Source of the DNA: Comamonadaceae bacterium
Lineage (GTDB): Bacteria; Pseudomonadota; Gammaproteobacteria; Burkholderiales; Burkholderiaceae_C
Assembly: GCA_947450765.1 (NCBI GenBank)
Contig: CANFXC010000002.1
Coordinates: 21,094 to 85,093, forward strand
DNA: 64,000 nt
Reading direction: 5' to 3'
This document shows positions 50,573 through 59,086 of the stretch, in pieces. Below the pieces are notes generated by a model that was given only the letters and a program-made list of their open reading frames with translations, did no database searches and had not been told where the DNA came from. The position numbers and the translations under genes are program-made. Positions within the stretch are counted from its first letter, which is position 1. Every line of letters starts with the position of its first letter.

Positions 50573-51925
50573 ATGTCCGCCGTTTTTAATTTTACCTTTG
50601 TGCCCTGGTTTCGTTCAGTCGCGCCTTACATCCACCTGCACCGTGGCAAAACTTTTGTGATCGGCATGGCGGGAGAAGCGATCGCAGCCGGCAAGCTCGC
50701 CCACATTGCGCAAGACTTGGCCCTGATTCAAAGCATGGGCGTGAAGATCGTACTGGTGCATGGCTTCAGGCCCCAGGTCAACGAGCAACTGGCCGCCAAA
50801 GGCCATGCCGCGCAGTACTCGCACGGCATGCGCATCACCGACTCGGTGGCGTTGGACTGCGCCCAAGAAGCGGCCGGCCAACTGCGCTACGAAATTGAAG
50901 CCGCCTTCAGTCAAGGCTTGCCCAACACGCCCATGGCCGGCTCCACCGTGCGGGTGATTTCCGGCAACTTCATCACTGCACGGCCGGTTGGCATCGTCGA
51001 CGGCATTGACTTCAAGCATTCGGGGCTGGTTCGCAAAGTGGACACGGTTGGCATCAAGCAGACGCTTGAATTCGGTTCGATGGTGCTGCTGTCGCCGTTC
51101 GGTTTTTCACCCACCGGCGAAGCCTTCAACCTGACCATGGAAGAAGTAGCGACCAGCGTGGCGATTGAGCTGAAGGCCGACAAATTGATCTTTTTAACCG
51201 AGATACCGGGTATCCGCGTTGACCCGTCCGAGCCGGAAAGCGACGACAACCCGATTGACACTGAGCTGCCTTTGGCTGCGGCCAAAAAGTTGCTGGCAGA
51301 CTTGCCGAACGCCCAGCAGCCCAGCGATACCGCTTTTTACTTGCAGCATTGCGTCAAGGCCTGCCAGCAAGGCGTTGAGCGCAGTCATATTTTGCCTTTC
51401 GCCACAGACGGCTCTTTGCTGCTGGAAATTTATGTGCACGATGGCATAGGCACCATGGTGATTGATGAAAAGCTGGAGAGCCTGCGCGAAGCCACAGTGG
51501 ACGACGTCGGCGGCATTTTGCAGCTGATCGAACCCTACGAAAAAGACGGCACGCTGGTGAAGCGGGACCGCACCGAGATTGAGCGCGATGCGGGTCAATA
51601 CACCGTGATTGAGCATGACGGCGTGATCTTTGGCTGCGCGGCGCTTTACCCTTACCCAGAGTCTAAAACCGGCGAGATGGCGGCACTCACAGTCTCACCG
51701 CACACCCAAAGTCAAGGTGACGGCGAACGCATTCTCAAGCGGGTCGAGCAACGTGCCCGCGCCATGGGTCTGCAAAGCATTTTTGTCCTCACCACCCGCA
51801 CCATGCACTGGTTCCTCAAGCGCGGCTTCAAGCCTGTGGAGACAGACTGGCTGCCTGAAGCACGCAAGCGTAAATACAACCTGAACCGCAAAAGCCAGGT
51901 GCTGGTGAAAATCCTGCACCCTTAG
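50573..51925 (+). CDS. argA: Amino-acid N-acetyltransferase (N-acetylglutamate synthase)
   Basis: WFRSVAPYI, VLVHG, amino acid kinase-like domain plus C-terminal GNAT (FVLTTRTMHWF). Confidence 0.95.
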   Translation: MSAVFNFTFVPWFRSVAPYIHLHRGKTFVIGMAGEAIAAGKLAHIAQDLALIQSMGVKIVLVHGFRPQVNEQLAAKGHAAQYSHGMRITDSVALDCAQEAAGQLRYEIEAAFSQGLPNTPMAGSTVRVISGNFITARPVGIVDGIDFKHSGLVRKVDTVGIKQTLEFGSMVLLSPFGFSPTGEAFNLTMEEVATSVAIELKADKLIFLTEIPGIRVDPSEPESDDNPIDTELPLAAAKKLLADLPNAQQPSDTAFYLQHCVKACQQGVERSHILPFATDGSLLLEIYVHDGIGTMVIDEKLESLREATVDDVGGILQLIEPYEKDGTLVKRDRTEIERDAGQYTVIEHDGVIFGCAALYPYPESKTGEMAALTVSPHTQSQGDGERILKRVEQRARAMGLQSIFVLTTRTMHWFLKRGFKPVETDWLPEARKRKYNLNRKSQVLVKILHP

Positions 51926-52015
51926 GGCTTCCGACACGCTTTCCTACACGTTCTTGCGTCTGGGCTGACGCAGGGGCCGCCGCGCCGCGCCTAGATTGCG
52001 GGTAGGAGGGCTCAT

Positions 52016-52744
52016 ATGGGAATGCAACTGAAGCATGCTTTTTCCGGTCAGCAGCAAGCGGCAGCAGTTGTTCGCTCTGAAGTCCGGATACCGTGTGGGG
52101 AAACATGGCTCTATGGCGACTTGGCCTTGCCTAAAGGTTTTTACGGCTTGGTTTTGTTTGCCCATGGCAGCGGTAGCGGACGGCACAGCGCACGCAATCG
52201 ACAGGTGGCGCAAGTCTTGCAAAACGCCGGTATCGGAACACTGCTGTTTGATCTGTTGACGTCAGCAGAAGAACAAACGGATGTTCACACCGGCGAACAC
52301 CGCTTCAACATCGCCCTGCTGACACAGCGCATGCAAGACGCCACGCTGTGGGTCACAGCGCAAGATCAATTCAAGGACGTGCCGATCGGCTATTTTGGCG
52401 CCAGCACGGGAAGTGCCGCCGCGTTGATCGCTGCGGCCCGCTTGGGCGACCGTGTGGCAGCCATGGTCTCCCGCGGTGGCCGACCTGATTTGGCAGGCCC
52501 GGTGGTTTTGGCCAGCCTGCTAGCGCCAACCCTGCTGATTGTTGGCGGTGCAGACCACGGCGTGATCGAACTCAACGCGGAAGCGTATCAACTTCTGCGT
52601 TGCGAGAAGCAGCTGGCAGTGGTACCCGACGCCACCCATCTGTTTGAAGAGTCAGGCGCCTTGGAGCAAGTCTCCACGCTGGCCGCAGATTGGTTCAAAC
52701 GCTACCTGCACAACACAGACACACCGAAGGAGGCTAGGCAATGA
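52016..52744 (+). CDS. Alpha/beta hydrolase (dienelactone hydrolase-like)
   Basis: FAHGSGS, nucleophile elbow GASTG, SRGGRPD, IVGGAD, ATHLFEE. AGGAGG RBS. Confidence 0.85.
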   Translation: MGMQLKHAFSGQQQAAAVVRSEVRIPCGETWLYGDLALPKGFYGLVLFAHGSGSGRHSARNRQVAQVLQNAGIGTLLFDLLTSAEEQTDVHTGEHRFNIALLTQRMQDATLWVTAQDQFKDVPIGYFGASTGSAAALIAAARLGDRVAAMVSRGGRPDLAGPVVLASLLAPTLLIVGGADHGVIELNAEAYQLLRCEKQLAVVPDATHLFEESGALEQVSTLAADWFKRYLHNTDTPKEARQ

Positions 52745-53442
52745 TGTCACGACCTTATTACAGCGACCGGCATGATGCGGGACGCCAACTGGCGGAGCAT
52801 CTCAGCCAGTACAAAAACCAGCCTAATGTGTTGGTTCTCGCCTTACCGCGAGGGGGTGTGGCAGTGGGCTATGAAGTGGCCCAAGCGCTGCATGCGCCGC
52901 TGGATGTGTTTGTGGTTCGCAAGCTCGGCTTGCCTGGGCATGAGGAGTACGCCATGGGCGCGATTGCCAGCGGCGGCGTGCGCGTGATGAACCCGTTGCC
53001 AGGCATCACCGTGCCCCCTGAAGCGCTGGCGGCGGTACTGGCCAAAGAACAAGCAGAGTTGCTCAGGCGTGAACAGCTTTACCGGGCGCAGCGCCCACCC
53101 ATTCATATCGCCGGGCGTACCGTGATATTGGTCGATGACGGGCTGGCAACGGGCGCCACCATGCGTGCTGCGGCTGTCTCGGTGGGGCAGCAGCATCCCT
53201 TGCGGCTGATCTTGGCTGTACCTGTTGGTGCTAAAGACAGCTGCGAAAGCTTGCGCGACGTGGCAGATGAAATGGTGTGCCCGGCCATACCCGAACCTTT
53301 TCATGCACTCAGCCTTTGGTATGACTACATGCCGCAAGCCAGCGACGACGAAGTGCGCTCACTGCTGCAAAAAGCTTGGCATGAGCATGCCGTCTACATT
53401 CGCCGCACCGACATACCGGCGGTACATCCTGCGGGGCATTGA
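52741..53442 (+). CDS. Type I phosphoribosyltransferase-family protein
   Basis: DRHDAG, LALPRGG, VRKLG.P, PRPP loop VILVDDGLATGATM. Confidence 0.88.
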   Translation: MMSRPYYSDRHDAGRQLAEHLSQYKNQPNVLVLALPRGGVAVGYEVAQALHAPLDVFVVRKLGLPGHEEYAMGAIASGGVRVMNPLPGITVPPEALAAVLAKEQAELLRREQLYRAQRPPIHIAGRTVILVDDGLATGATMRAAAVSVGQQHPLRLILAVPVGAKDSCESLRDVADEMVCPAIPEPFHALSLWYDYMPQASDDEVRSLLQKAWHEHAVYIRRTDIPAVHPAGH

Positions 53443-53445
53443 GTC

Positions 53446-54828
53446 ATGTCAATCAACTCCCTCAATAAGCTGCTGACACCAGTCAAAAATGCGCCACGTG
53501 CTTTGCTTGACGGCTTGCAACGGAATCTACATCCGCTGGTGGGTGGTCTGCAAGACTACAACCCGTTGCTAGAAGCCATCGACACGGCACGCTTTGTGTT
53601 GATTGGCGAAGCCTCGCACGGCACCCATGAGTTTTACCGGGAGCGGGTGAAGATCACCCAGCGCTTGATTCTTGAAAAAGGCTTCACGGCCATCGCTGTC
53701 GAAGCTGACTGGCCAGACGCTTGGCGGGTCAACCGTTACGTGCGCGGTTTGTCGACCGACCCGGATGCCCGCGAAGCCTTGGCCGGCTTCGAGCGTTTTC
53801 CCGCATGGATGTGGCGCAACACGGAAGTCTGCGACTTCGTCGAATGGCTGCGCCAACACAACAGCGGTCTCGGCCTCGAACAACAAGTCGGTTTTTACGG
53901 CATGGACTTGTACAGTCTGTTTCGCTCTATGGAGGAGGTTTTGTCGTACTTGGACAGGACTGACCCGGTGGAGGCGCATCGGGCACGCTCGCGCTACGCC
54001 TGCTTCGACCATGTTGGTCAAGACAGTCAGGCCTACGGTTACGGCGCAGCCTATGGCATGGCCCGCAGCTGCGAAGACGAAGTCGTGCAGCAGCTGCGGG
54101 ACATGACGCTGCGCTTGACTCAACACCCTTCCGCGCCAAGCTTGGCACGCGATGAGTTTTTTCACGCACAACAAAATGCCCGATTGGTGCGCAATGCCGA
54201 GGCGTATTACCGCAGCATGTTTCGAGGGCGTGCGTCATCGTGGAATTTGCGAGACAGCCACATGGTCGAGACGCTGGTGGCCCTGTCAAACCACTTGACT
54301 CAAGGCGCTGTCGTGCCGCGGATGGCGGTGTGGGCGCACAACTCACACTTGGGCGATGCGAGTGTGACGGAGATGGGAGACCGTGGCGAATGGAATGTCG
54401 GCCAGCTGATGCGAGAACGCTTCGGTTCTGACGCCTTTCTGATCGGCATGAGCACCCATCACGGCACCGTCACTGCGGCCTCAGAATGGGATGAGCCGCC
54501 GCAGCGAAAACGCGTCCGGCCAGGACTTGAGGGAAGCTGGGAAGCCGTCTTTCACCAAGTTGGCACGCCGAACTTCATGCTGCTCCTGAAGGAGCATCCA
54601 GAGTTGCAAAATTTGTGCGAAGCGCTGCGCTTGCAGCGCGCCATTGGCGTGATTTACCGACCCGAAACCGAGCGCCAAAGCCATTATTTCTATACCCATC
54701 TGGGGCGGCAGTTTGACGCCCTCCTGCATTGGGACGAAACCTGTGCACTGGACCCACTGGACAAGGGCTTGGCTTGGCATCAGGGGGAAGCTAATGAAGT
54801 GCCCGAGACATACCCATCAGGTGTATGA
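53446..54828 (+). CDS. Erythromycin esterase-family protein
   Basis: IGEASHGTHEFY, AVEADWPD, WMWRN, WNLRD.HM, VWAHNSH, RAIGVIY, ETYPSG. Confidence 0.88.
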   Translation: MSINSLNKLLTPVKNAPRALLDGLQRNLHPLVGGLQDYNPLLEAIDTARFVLIGEASHGTHEFYRERVKITQRLILEKGFTAIAVEADWPDAWRVNRYVRGLSTDPDAREALAGFERFPAWMWRNTEVCDFVEWLRQHNSGLGLEQQVGFYGMDLYSLFRSMEEVLSYLDRTDPVEAHRARSRYACFDHVGQDSQAYGYGAAYGMARSCEDEVVQQLRDMTLRLTQHPSAPSLARDEFFHAQQNARLVRNAEAYYRSMFRGRASSWNLRDSHMVETLVALSNHLTQGAVVPRMAVWAHNSHLGDASVTEMGDRGEWNVGQLMRERFGSDAFLIGMSTHHGTVTAASEWDEPPQRKRVRPGLEGSWEAVFHQVGTPNFMLLLKEHPELQNLCEALRLQRAIGVIYRPETERQSHYFYTHLGRQFDALLHWDETCALDPLDKGLAWHQGEANEVPETYPSGV

Positions 54829-54869
54829 GTTTGCCTTCTGTATGGGCACACCTTGGGTTGCGTATGAGG

Positions 54870-55388
54870 TTATCGCCTGATGTGACGCAGCAACCGAAAG
54901 ATCAAAAACATGGCCATTAAACTGATGACCATGAAAGACAGAAATGACCAATTGGCAATGGACAGTCCTAGGAAAGTCCAGTCAACCTTGCTGCAATCTC
55001 CGCTGCCCTTGAAGATCATGGGGATCACCCGCTGCAACGAAAAAGTTTCGATCATGCCGTAAAAGTCGCGCCCACAGGAGGCGACTTCAGGCGGAAACCA
55101 TTGCAACCAGCTTTGGCGGGCCGCCACAAAAGCACCGAAACCGGCACTGATCAGCAACAAGACCGAACCACCCAAAAGAGCGGCACTACCCGAAAAGATA
55201 GCCGTGAGCCCGGCAATCAGAGCCACCATGACCAGCGCATAACGCTGAACAATGCACATCGGGCAAGGCTCAAGACCGACGACGTGCTGCAGGTACAAAC
55301 CAAAAGCCAGCATTCCGAAAGATGCCAAAGCCACCAGTCCCAAGGCGGTGCGGGGAAAAGCCGTGTTTTTAGCCAAAAACAGAGTCAT
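54870..55388 (-). CDS. dsbB: Disulfide bond formation protein B
   Basis: LEPCPMCIVQR, second Cys pair (SC...GSGDC), four hydrophobic segments. Confidence 0.92.
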   Translation of the reverse strand: MTLFLAKNTAFPRTALGLVALASFGMLAFGLYLQHVVGLEPCPMCIVQRYALVMVALIAGLTAIFSGSAALLGGSVLLLISAGFGAFVAARQSWLQWFPPEVASCGRDFYGMIETFSLQRVIPMIFKGSGDCSKVDWTFLGLSIANWSFLSFMVISLMAMFLIFRLLRHIRR

Positions 55389-55444
55389 CGCGTGCCTCTC
55401 TTTGTCAAATGAGGCAGCTCAGCTGGGATGAACGTGCCAGAAGC

Positions 55445-55687
55445 TTAAGCAGGCGGATTGCTGAGCAATTCGTCCAGCCCTTTGCACGATGGCGCACAAA
55501 CCGCTTGGGCTTTGCCCAAAACCTTGCGCGTGCCCATCATGGAACGCGGACGGTGTTTGCCGCACATGAAGCACGACATGGTCGCGCTACCAAAGGAGGT
55601 TGTTGCCACAAACGGGGAACCGGACACTTTGGATTTATAGCGAAGACCGTCTGGTAGGACGGCCGTTTTTGTTTCAGATCTTGCCAC
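55445..55687 (-). CDS. Small putative metal-binding protein (CxxC...CxxxC)
   Basis: GTG start after AAAGG, SCFMCGKH...VCAPSC. Same strand as dsbB. Confidence 0.65.
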   Translation of the reverse strand: MARSETKTAVLPDGLRYKSKVSGSPFVATTSFGSATMSCFMCGKHRPRSMMGTRKVLGKAQAVCAPSCKGLDELLSNPPA

Positions 55688-56044
55688 TGGCGTTACCTTT
55701 TTCCGGTTGGCGCATAGCGCGTTCTATGATTTGTATCGCTTGGCTTTTCAGCTATGAGCGAACATCGATTGGCGAGCATCACTGCACATGTTTGTCGGTT
55801 AGCCGGGACTGGCCGAAGACATCTTTTATTTTTTTCGTTAAGTCGATTTTACCGCTCAAAGAAAATTCCCCTTCAATGGCGATGACTTTACCCGGCAGAA
55901 CGCCTTATCCAAGTGCGTCAATGACAAGGCGTTTCGGCTTGAAAGATAATCACGCTTTGACTGCGGTCGACGCTTCTCCTGTCGGCTGTGCCGTCTTCTC
56001 ATTGGCATTCTTTTCAACAGCGAACTCCGCGAAAGACAACTCAT

Positions 56045-56317
56045 ATGGCACGGATGGTCAACTGCATCAAACTCGGCACAGAAGCTGAAGGCTTGGATTT
56101 CCCGCCTTATCCAGGTCCATTGGGCAAACGCATTTGGGAAGAGGTCAGCAAAGCCGCTTGGGCTGATTGGATGAAGCAGCAAACCATGCTGGTCAACGAA
56201 AACCGCTTGAACTTGGCCGATCTGCGTGCCCGTCAATACCTGGCCCGACAAATGGAAAAGCACTTCTTTGGTGACGGCGCCGATGCTGTTGCCGGCTACG
56301 TTCCGCCAGCACCCTGA
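56045..56317 (+). CDS. yggX: Fe(II)-trafficking / oxidative damage protection protein
   Basis: [27 protein letters not shown]...QTMLVNE.RL. Confidence 0.94.
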   Translation: MARMVNCIKLGTEAEGLDFPPYPGPLGKRIWEEVSKAAWADWMKQQTMLVNENRLNLADLRARQYLARQMEKHFFGDGADAVAGYVPPAP

Positions 56318-56321
56318 CCTT

Positions 56322-58151
56322 TTGCTGACGCCAGCACGGCCCGTTTTTTTGCATGGCTGCGGCCTGCCCGAAGCTTGGGCCGGTCAGGCGCAATGGCGAA
56401 TTCTAGAGACCGGCTTTGGGCTGGGCCTTAACTTCCTGGTCACTTGGCTGGCCTGGAAAAAGGATCCAGAGCGTCCCCGCCTGCTTCACTTCGTGTCGAC
56501 TGAGGCCTCGCCTGCCAGCGCGACTGAACTCTTGCGCGCTGCCGCCGAACAGCCGGACTTGTTGCCCTTGGCCGGGCAACTTGGTGAGCAATGGCATGGC
56601 TTGCTGCCCGGTTTTCATCGGCTGTCGTTTGAAGATGGTCATGTCCTGCTGACGTTGGGCATTGGCGACGCCAAAACGCTGCTCAAAGAACAGTCTTTTG
56701 AAGCCGACTCGGTCTACCTTGCTGGCGACAAGCTGTCCAATACGCTTGACAACTGTGACCCGCACTTGCTGAAAGCCATGGCCCGCTGCTGCCGACGCGG
56801 CACCCGACTGGTGAGCTTGGCGATGTCGAGCAGCGTCATCGATGGACTCACACAATGCGGTTTTGAGGTCACCCAAGTGTCGAAGCCTCCACCGCAAGGT
56901 GAGCGCCTGCAAGCGCACTTCAACCCGCATTGGGAACCCAAAAAAGCCGCAAATCCGATCAAGGCCAAGCCGCACACGCCCGCACGCTGCGCCATCATCG
57001 GTGCAGGCTTGGCCGGCGCCGCCTGCGCCGCTAGCTTGGCCAGGCGCGGCTGGCAAGTCACGGTGCTAGACGCACACGAATCAGCAGCCGGTGGTGCTTC
57101 CGCACTTCCGGCAGGCATGCTGGCACCGCATATTTCGCCCGACGACAGCTTGCTGTCACGCTTGTCACGCAACGGCCTGCGAGCCACCTGGCAAGTCGCC
57201 AAGACGCAGTTGTTGGCCGATGTGGACTGGCAAGCCAGCGGCGTTCTACAGCGCCGGTTTGACGCCAGCGGCGGCCTGCCCATCCATTGGCCTGAAGCCG
57301 GAGAAGACTGGAGCCGGCTTGCGGGGCCGAGTGAACTCCAAGCCCTTGAAGCAGCAACCGGTAGCGCAGCACCGTCAATTCAGTGCGACGACATACCCGC
57401 ACTTTGGCACGCAGCAGGCGGCTGGATCAAACCGAAACGACTGGTCCAAGCGCTCTTAGGGGCACCGGGCATCACCACTCGCTTCGGCGTCAAGGTCGCA
57501 GGGCTGAAACGCTCCTCAATGCCGAGTCCGGACAGTTTCTGGCAAGTTTTGGACGCTCACGGAAACTGCATCGTCGAGGCCGAACTGGTGATCTTGGCGG
57601 CAGGTTTTGAAAGCGCTGGCTTGGTAAAAACGCACGCGAATTTACCGCTGCAAGCGATCCGTGGACAAGTGGCTTGGGATGCCGTCACGGAGGCAGCCGC
57701 GATGCCGCCCTTCCCCGTCAACGGTCACGGCAGCTTTATCCCGGCCTTTTTAAATGACGACGGCAAGCCAAGCTGGCTGATGGGCGCGACCTTCGAGCGT
57801 GACAGCAACCATAACGACATCCGAGAGAAAGACCAGCGGGACATCTTTGAGCGACTCCAACGACTGCTGCCTGTCACGGCCGGGGCTTTAAAAGCCTCCT
57901 TCGATGCTGACACGATCCAAGCTTGGGCAGGCGTGCGATGCGTGTCTCCAAACAGGTTGCCCATCGTCGGCCCTTTGGATGAAGCCGCTTTTCCAGGTTT
58001 GTGTGTGTGCACGGCTTTGGGCTCCAGAGGTTTGAGTTTTGCCGTGCTGTGCGGCGAACTTCTAGCGGCGTCTTTGCACGCAGAACCACTGCCCATTGAA
58101 CAACGGTTGGCACAATCACTATGGCTCAGCCGTCATCACTTTTCTGAATAA
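56322..58151 (+). CDS. mnmC: MnmC-like tRNA mnm5s2U34 protein: FAD oxidase domain intact, methyltransferase domain degenerate
   Basis: ILETGFGLGLNF, IIGAGLAG, GASALPAG, IRGQ, LGSRGL. Start uncertain (56283 or 56322). Confidence 0.85.
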   Translation: MLTPARPVFLHGCGLPEAWAGQAQWRILETGFGLGLNFLVTWLAWKKDPERPRLLHFVSTEASPASATELLRAAAEQPDLLPLAGQLGEQWHGLLPGFHRLSFEDGHVLLTLGIGDAKTLLKEQSFEADSVYLAGDKLSNTLDNCDPHLLKAMARCCRRGTRLVSLAMSSSVIDGLTQCGFEVTQVSKPPPQGERLQAHFNPHWEPKKAANPIKAKPHTPARCAIIGAGLAGAACAASLARRGWQVTVLDAHESAAGGASALPAGMLAPHISPDDSLLSRLSRNGLRATWQVAKTQLLADVDWQASGVLQRRFDASGGLPIHWPEAGEDWSRLAGPSELQALEAATGSAAPSIQCDDIPALWHAAGGWIKPKRLVQALLGAPGITTRFGVKVAGLKRSSMPSPDSFWQVLDAHGNCIVEAELVILAAGFESAGLVKTHANLPLQAIRGQVAWDAVTEAAAMPPFPVNGHGSFIPAFLNDDGKPSWLMGATFERDSNHNDIREKDQRDIFERLQRLLPVTAGALKASFDADTIQAWAGVRCVSPNRLPIVGPLDEAAFPGLCVCTALGSRGLSFAVLCGELLAASLHAEPLPIEQRLAQSLWLSRHHFSE

Positions 58152-58167
58152 GCTTATGCGCATAAGC
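58152..58167. promoter_or_regulatory. Perfect 16-bp palindrome upstream of the sulfate assimilation operon
   Basis: GCTTATGCGCATAAGC, 55 bp before the TSUP start, with no U-tract. Confidence 0.45.
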
Positions 58168-58221
58168 GAAGAACAAAACTGTCGTTGGTATTCATCTGGC
58201 GATCTTTTAAAGTAGCGCTCT

Positions 58222-59013
58222 ATGCATGACTTCGCGTTTATTTTTGCTGGCTTCACGGTCGGTCTGATCGTCGGCCTGACCGGGGTCGGTGGCGGCTCTT
58301 TGATGACGCCTCTCTTGATTTTTGGCTTCGGTATCAAGCCGCATCTGGCCATCGGCACCGATCTGCTTTTTGCCGCTTTCACCAAAATGGGCGGCACAGT
58401 CAGTCTGGCACGGCAACGCGTCGTTCCTTGGCGTCTGGTTGGGGCACTCAGCATGGGCAGCATTCCGGCCGCACTGATCACACTTTATGTGCTCCACAAC
58501 TTGGGCCCGGCCAACCCGGCCGTGCAAAAAGCCATGACGATGACGCTGGGTGTCGCCCTGCTCTTCACGGCACTGGCCACACTGTACAAAGCCATTCAGG
58601 GTAAAAAAATACCTCGCCTGATTGCTGGCGCGCAATTGGATGAAGCCACACGGCCGCGCCACTGGAGCCTGCCGGTTTTATTTGGCACCGTGATCGGCAC
58701 CTTGGTCACCCTCACTTCTGTGGGCGCTGGCGCGATTGGTGTGACAGCGCTGATCTTGTTGTACCCACTGCTCCCTTTGCCAAGAATTGTGGCTGCCGAC
58801 ATCGCTTATGCAGTACCACTGACGCTGGTGGCGGGCTTGGGTCACGCGTCCCTTGGATCGGTCGACTGGCCACTGCTGGGCAAGCTGCTGATCGGCTCGC
58901 TGCCGGGCATCTGGCTGGGCTCACAACTGGTGCACAAAACGCCAGACCGTATCATTCGTACCCTTTTGTCTTTGCTGCTGGCCTACGCCGGCGTCAAATT
59001 GATCGCGATCTGA
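58222..59013 (+). CDS. TSUP (TauE/SafE) family sulfur-compound transporter
   Basis: GLTGVGGGSLMTP, AIGTDL, TSVGAG, DIAYAVPL. Heads the cys operon. Confidence 0.9.
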   Translation: MHDFAFIFAGFTVGLIVGLTGVGGGSLMTPLLIFGFGIKPHLAIGTDLLFAAFTKMGGTVSLARQRVVPWRLVGALSMGSIPAALITLYVLHNLGPANPAVQKAMTMTLGVALLFTALATLYKAIQGKKIPRLIAGAQLDEATRPRHWSLPVLFGTVIGTLVTLTSVGAGAIGVTALILLYPLLPLPRIVAADIAYAVPLTLVAGLGHASLGSVDWPLLGKLLIGSLPGIWLGSQLVHKTPDRIIRTLLSLLLAYAGVKLIAI

Positions 59014-59086
59014 GCCGCCTGAAAAACGCTCTCTGTCACCCTTTTAAAAAACTGTATCTGACCCCCTTTTAATTTTCAATCCGCTT

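Noticed and set aside
53446-54828. Macrolide resistance gene (ereA/ereB)
   Set aside because: Family-level motifs only. The chromosomal context with a PRTase and hydrolase and the absence of mobile elements argue against calling it a resistance gene.
59020-59075. CTGTCACCCTTTT / TCTGACCCCCTTTT motifs, with similar short ones near 7229 and 37748
   Set aside because: Too short and degenerate to support a repeat family from this window alone.
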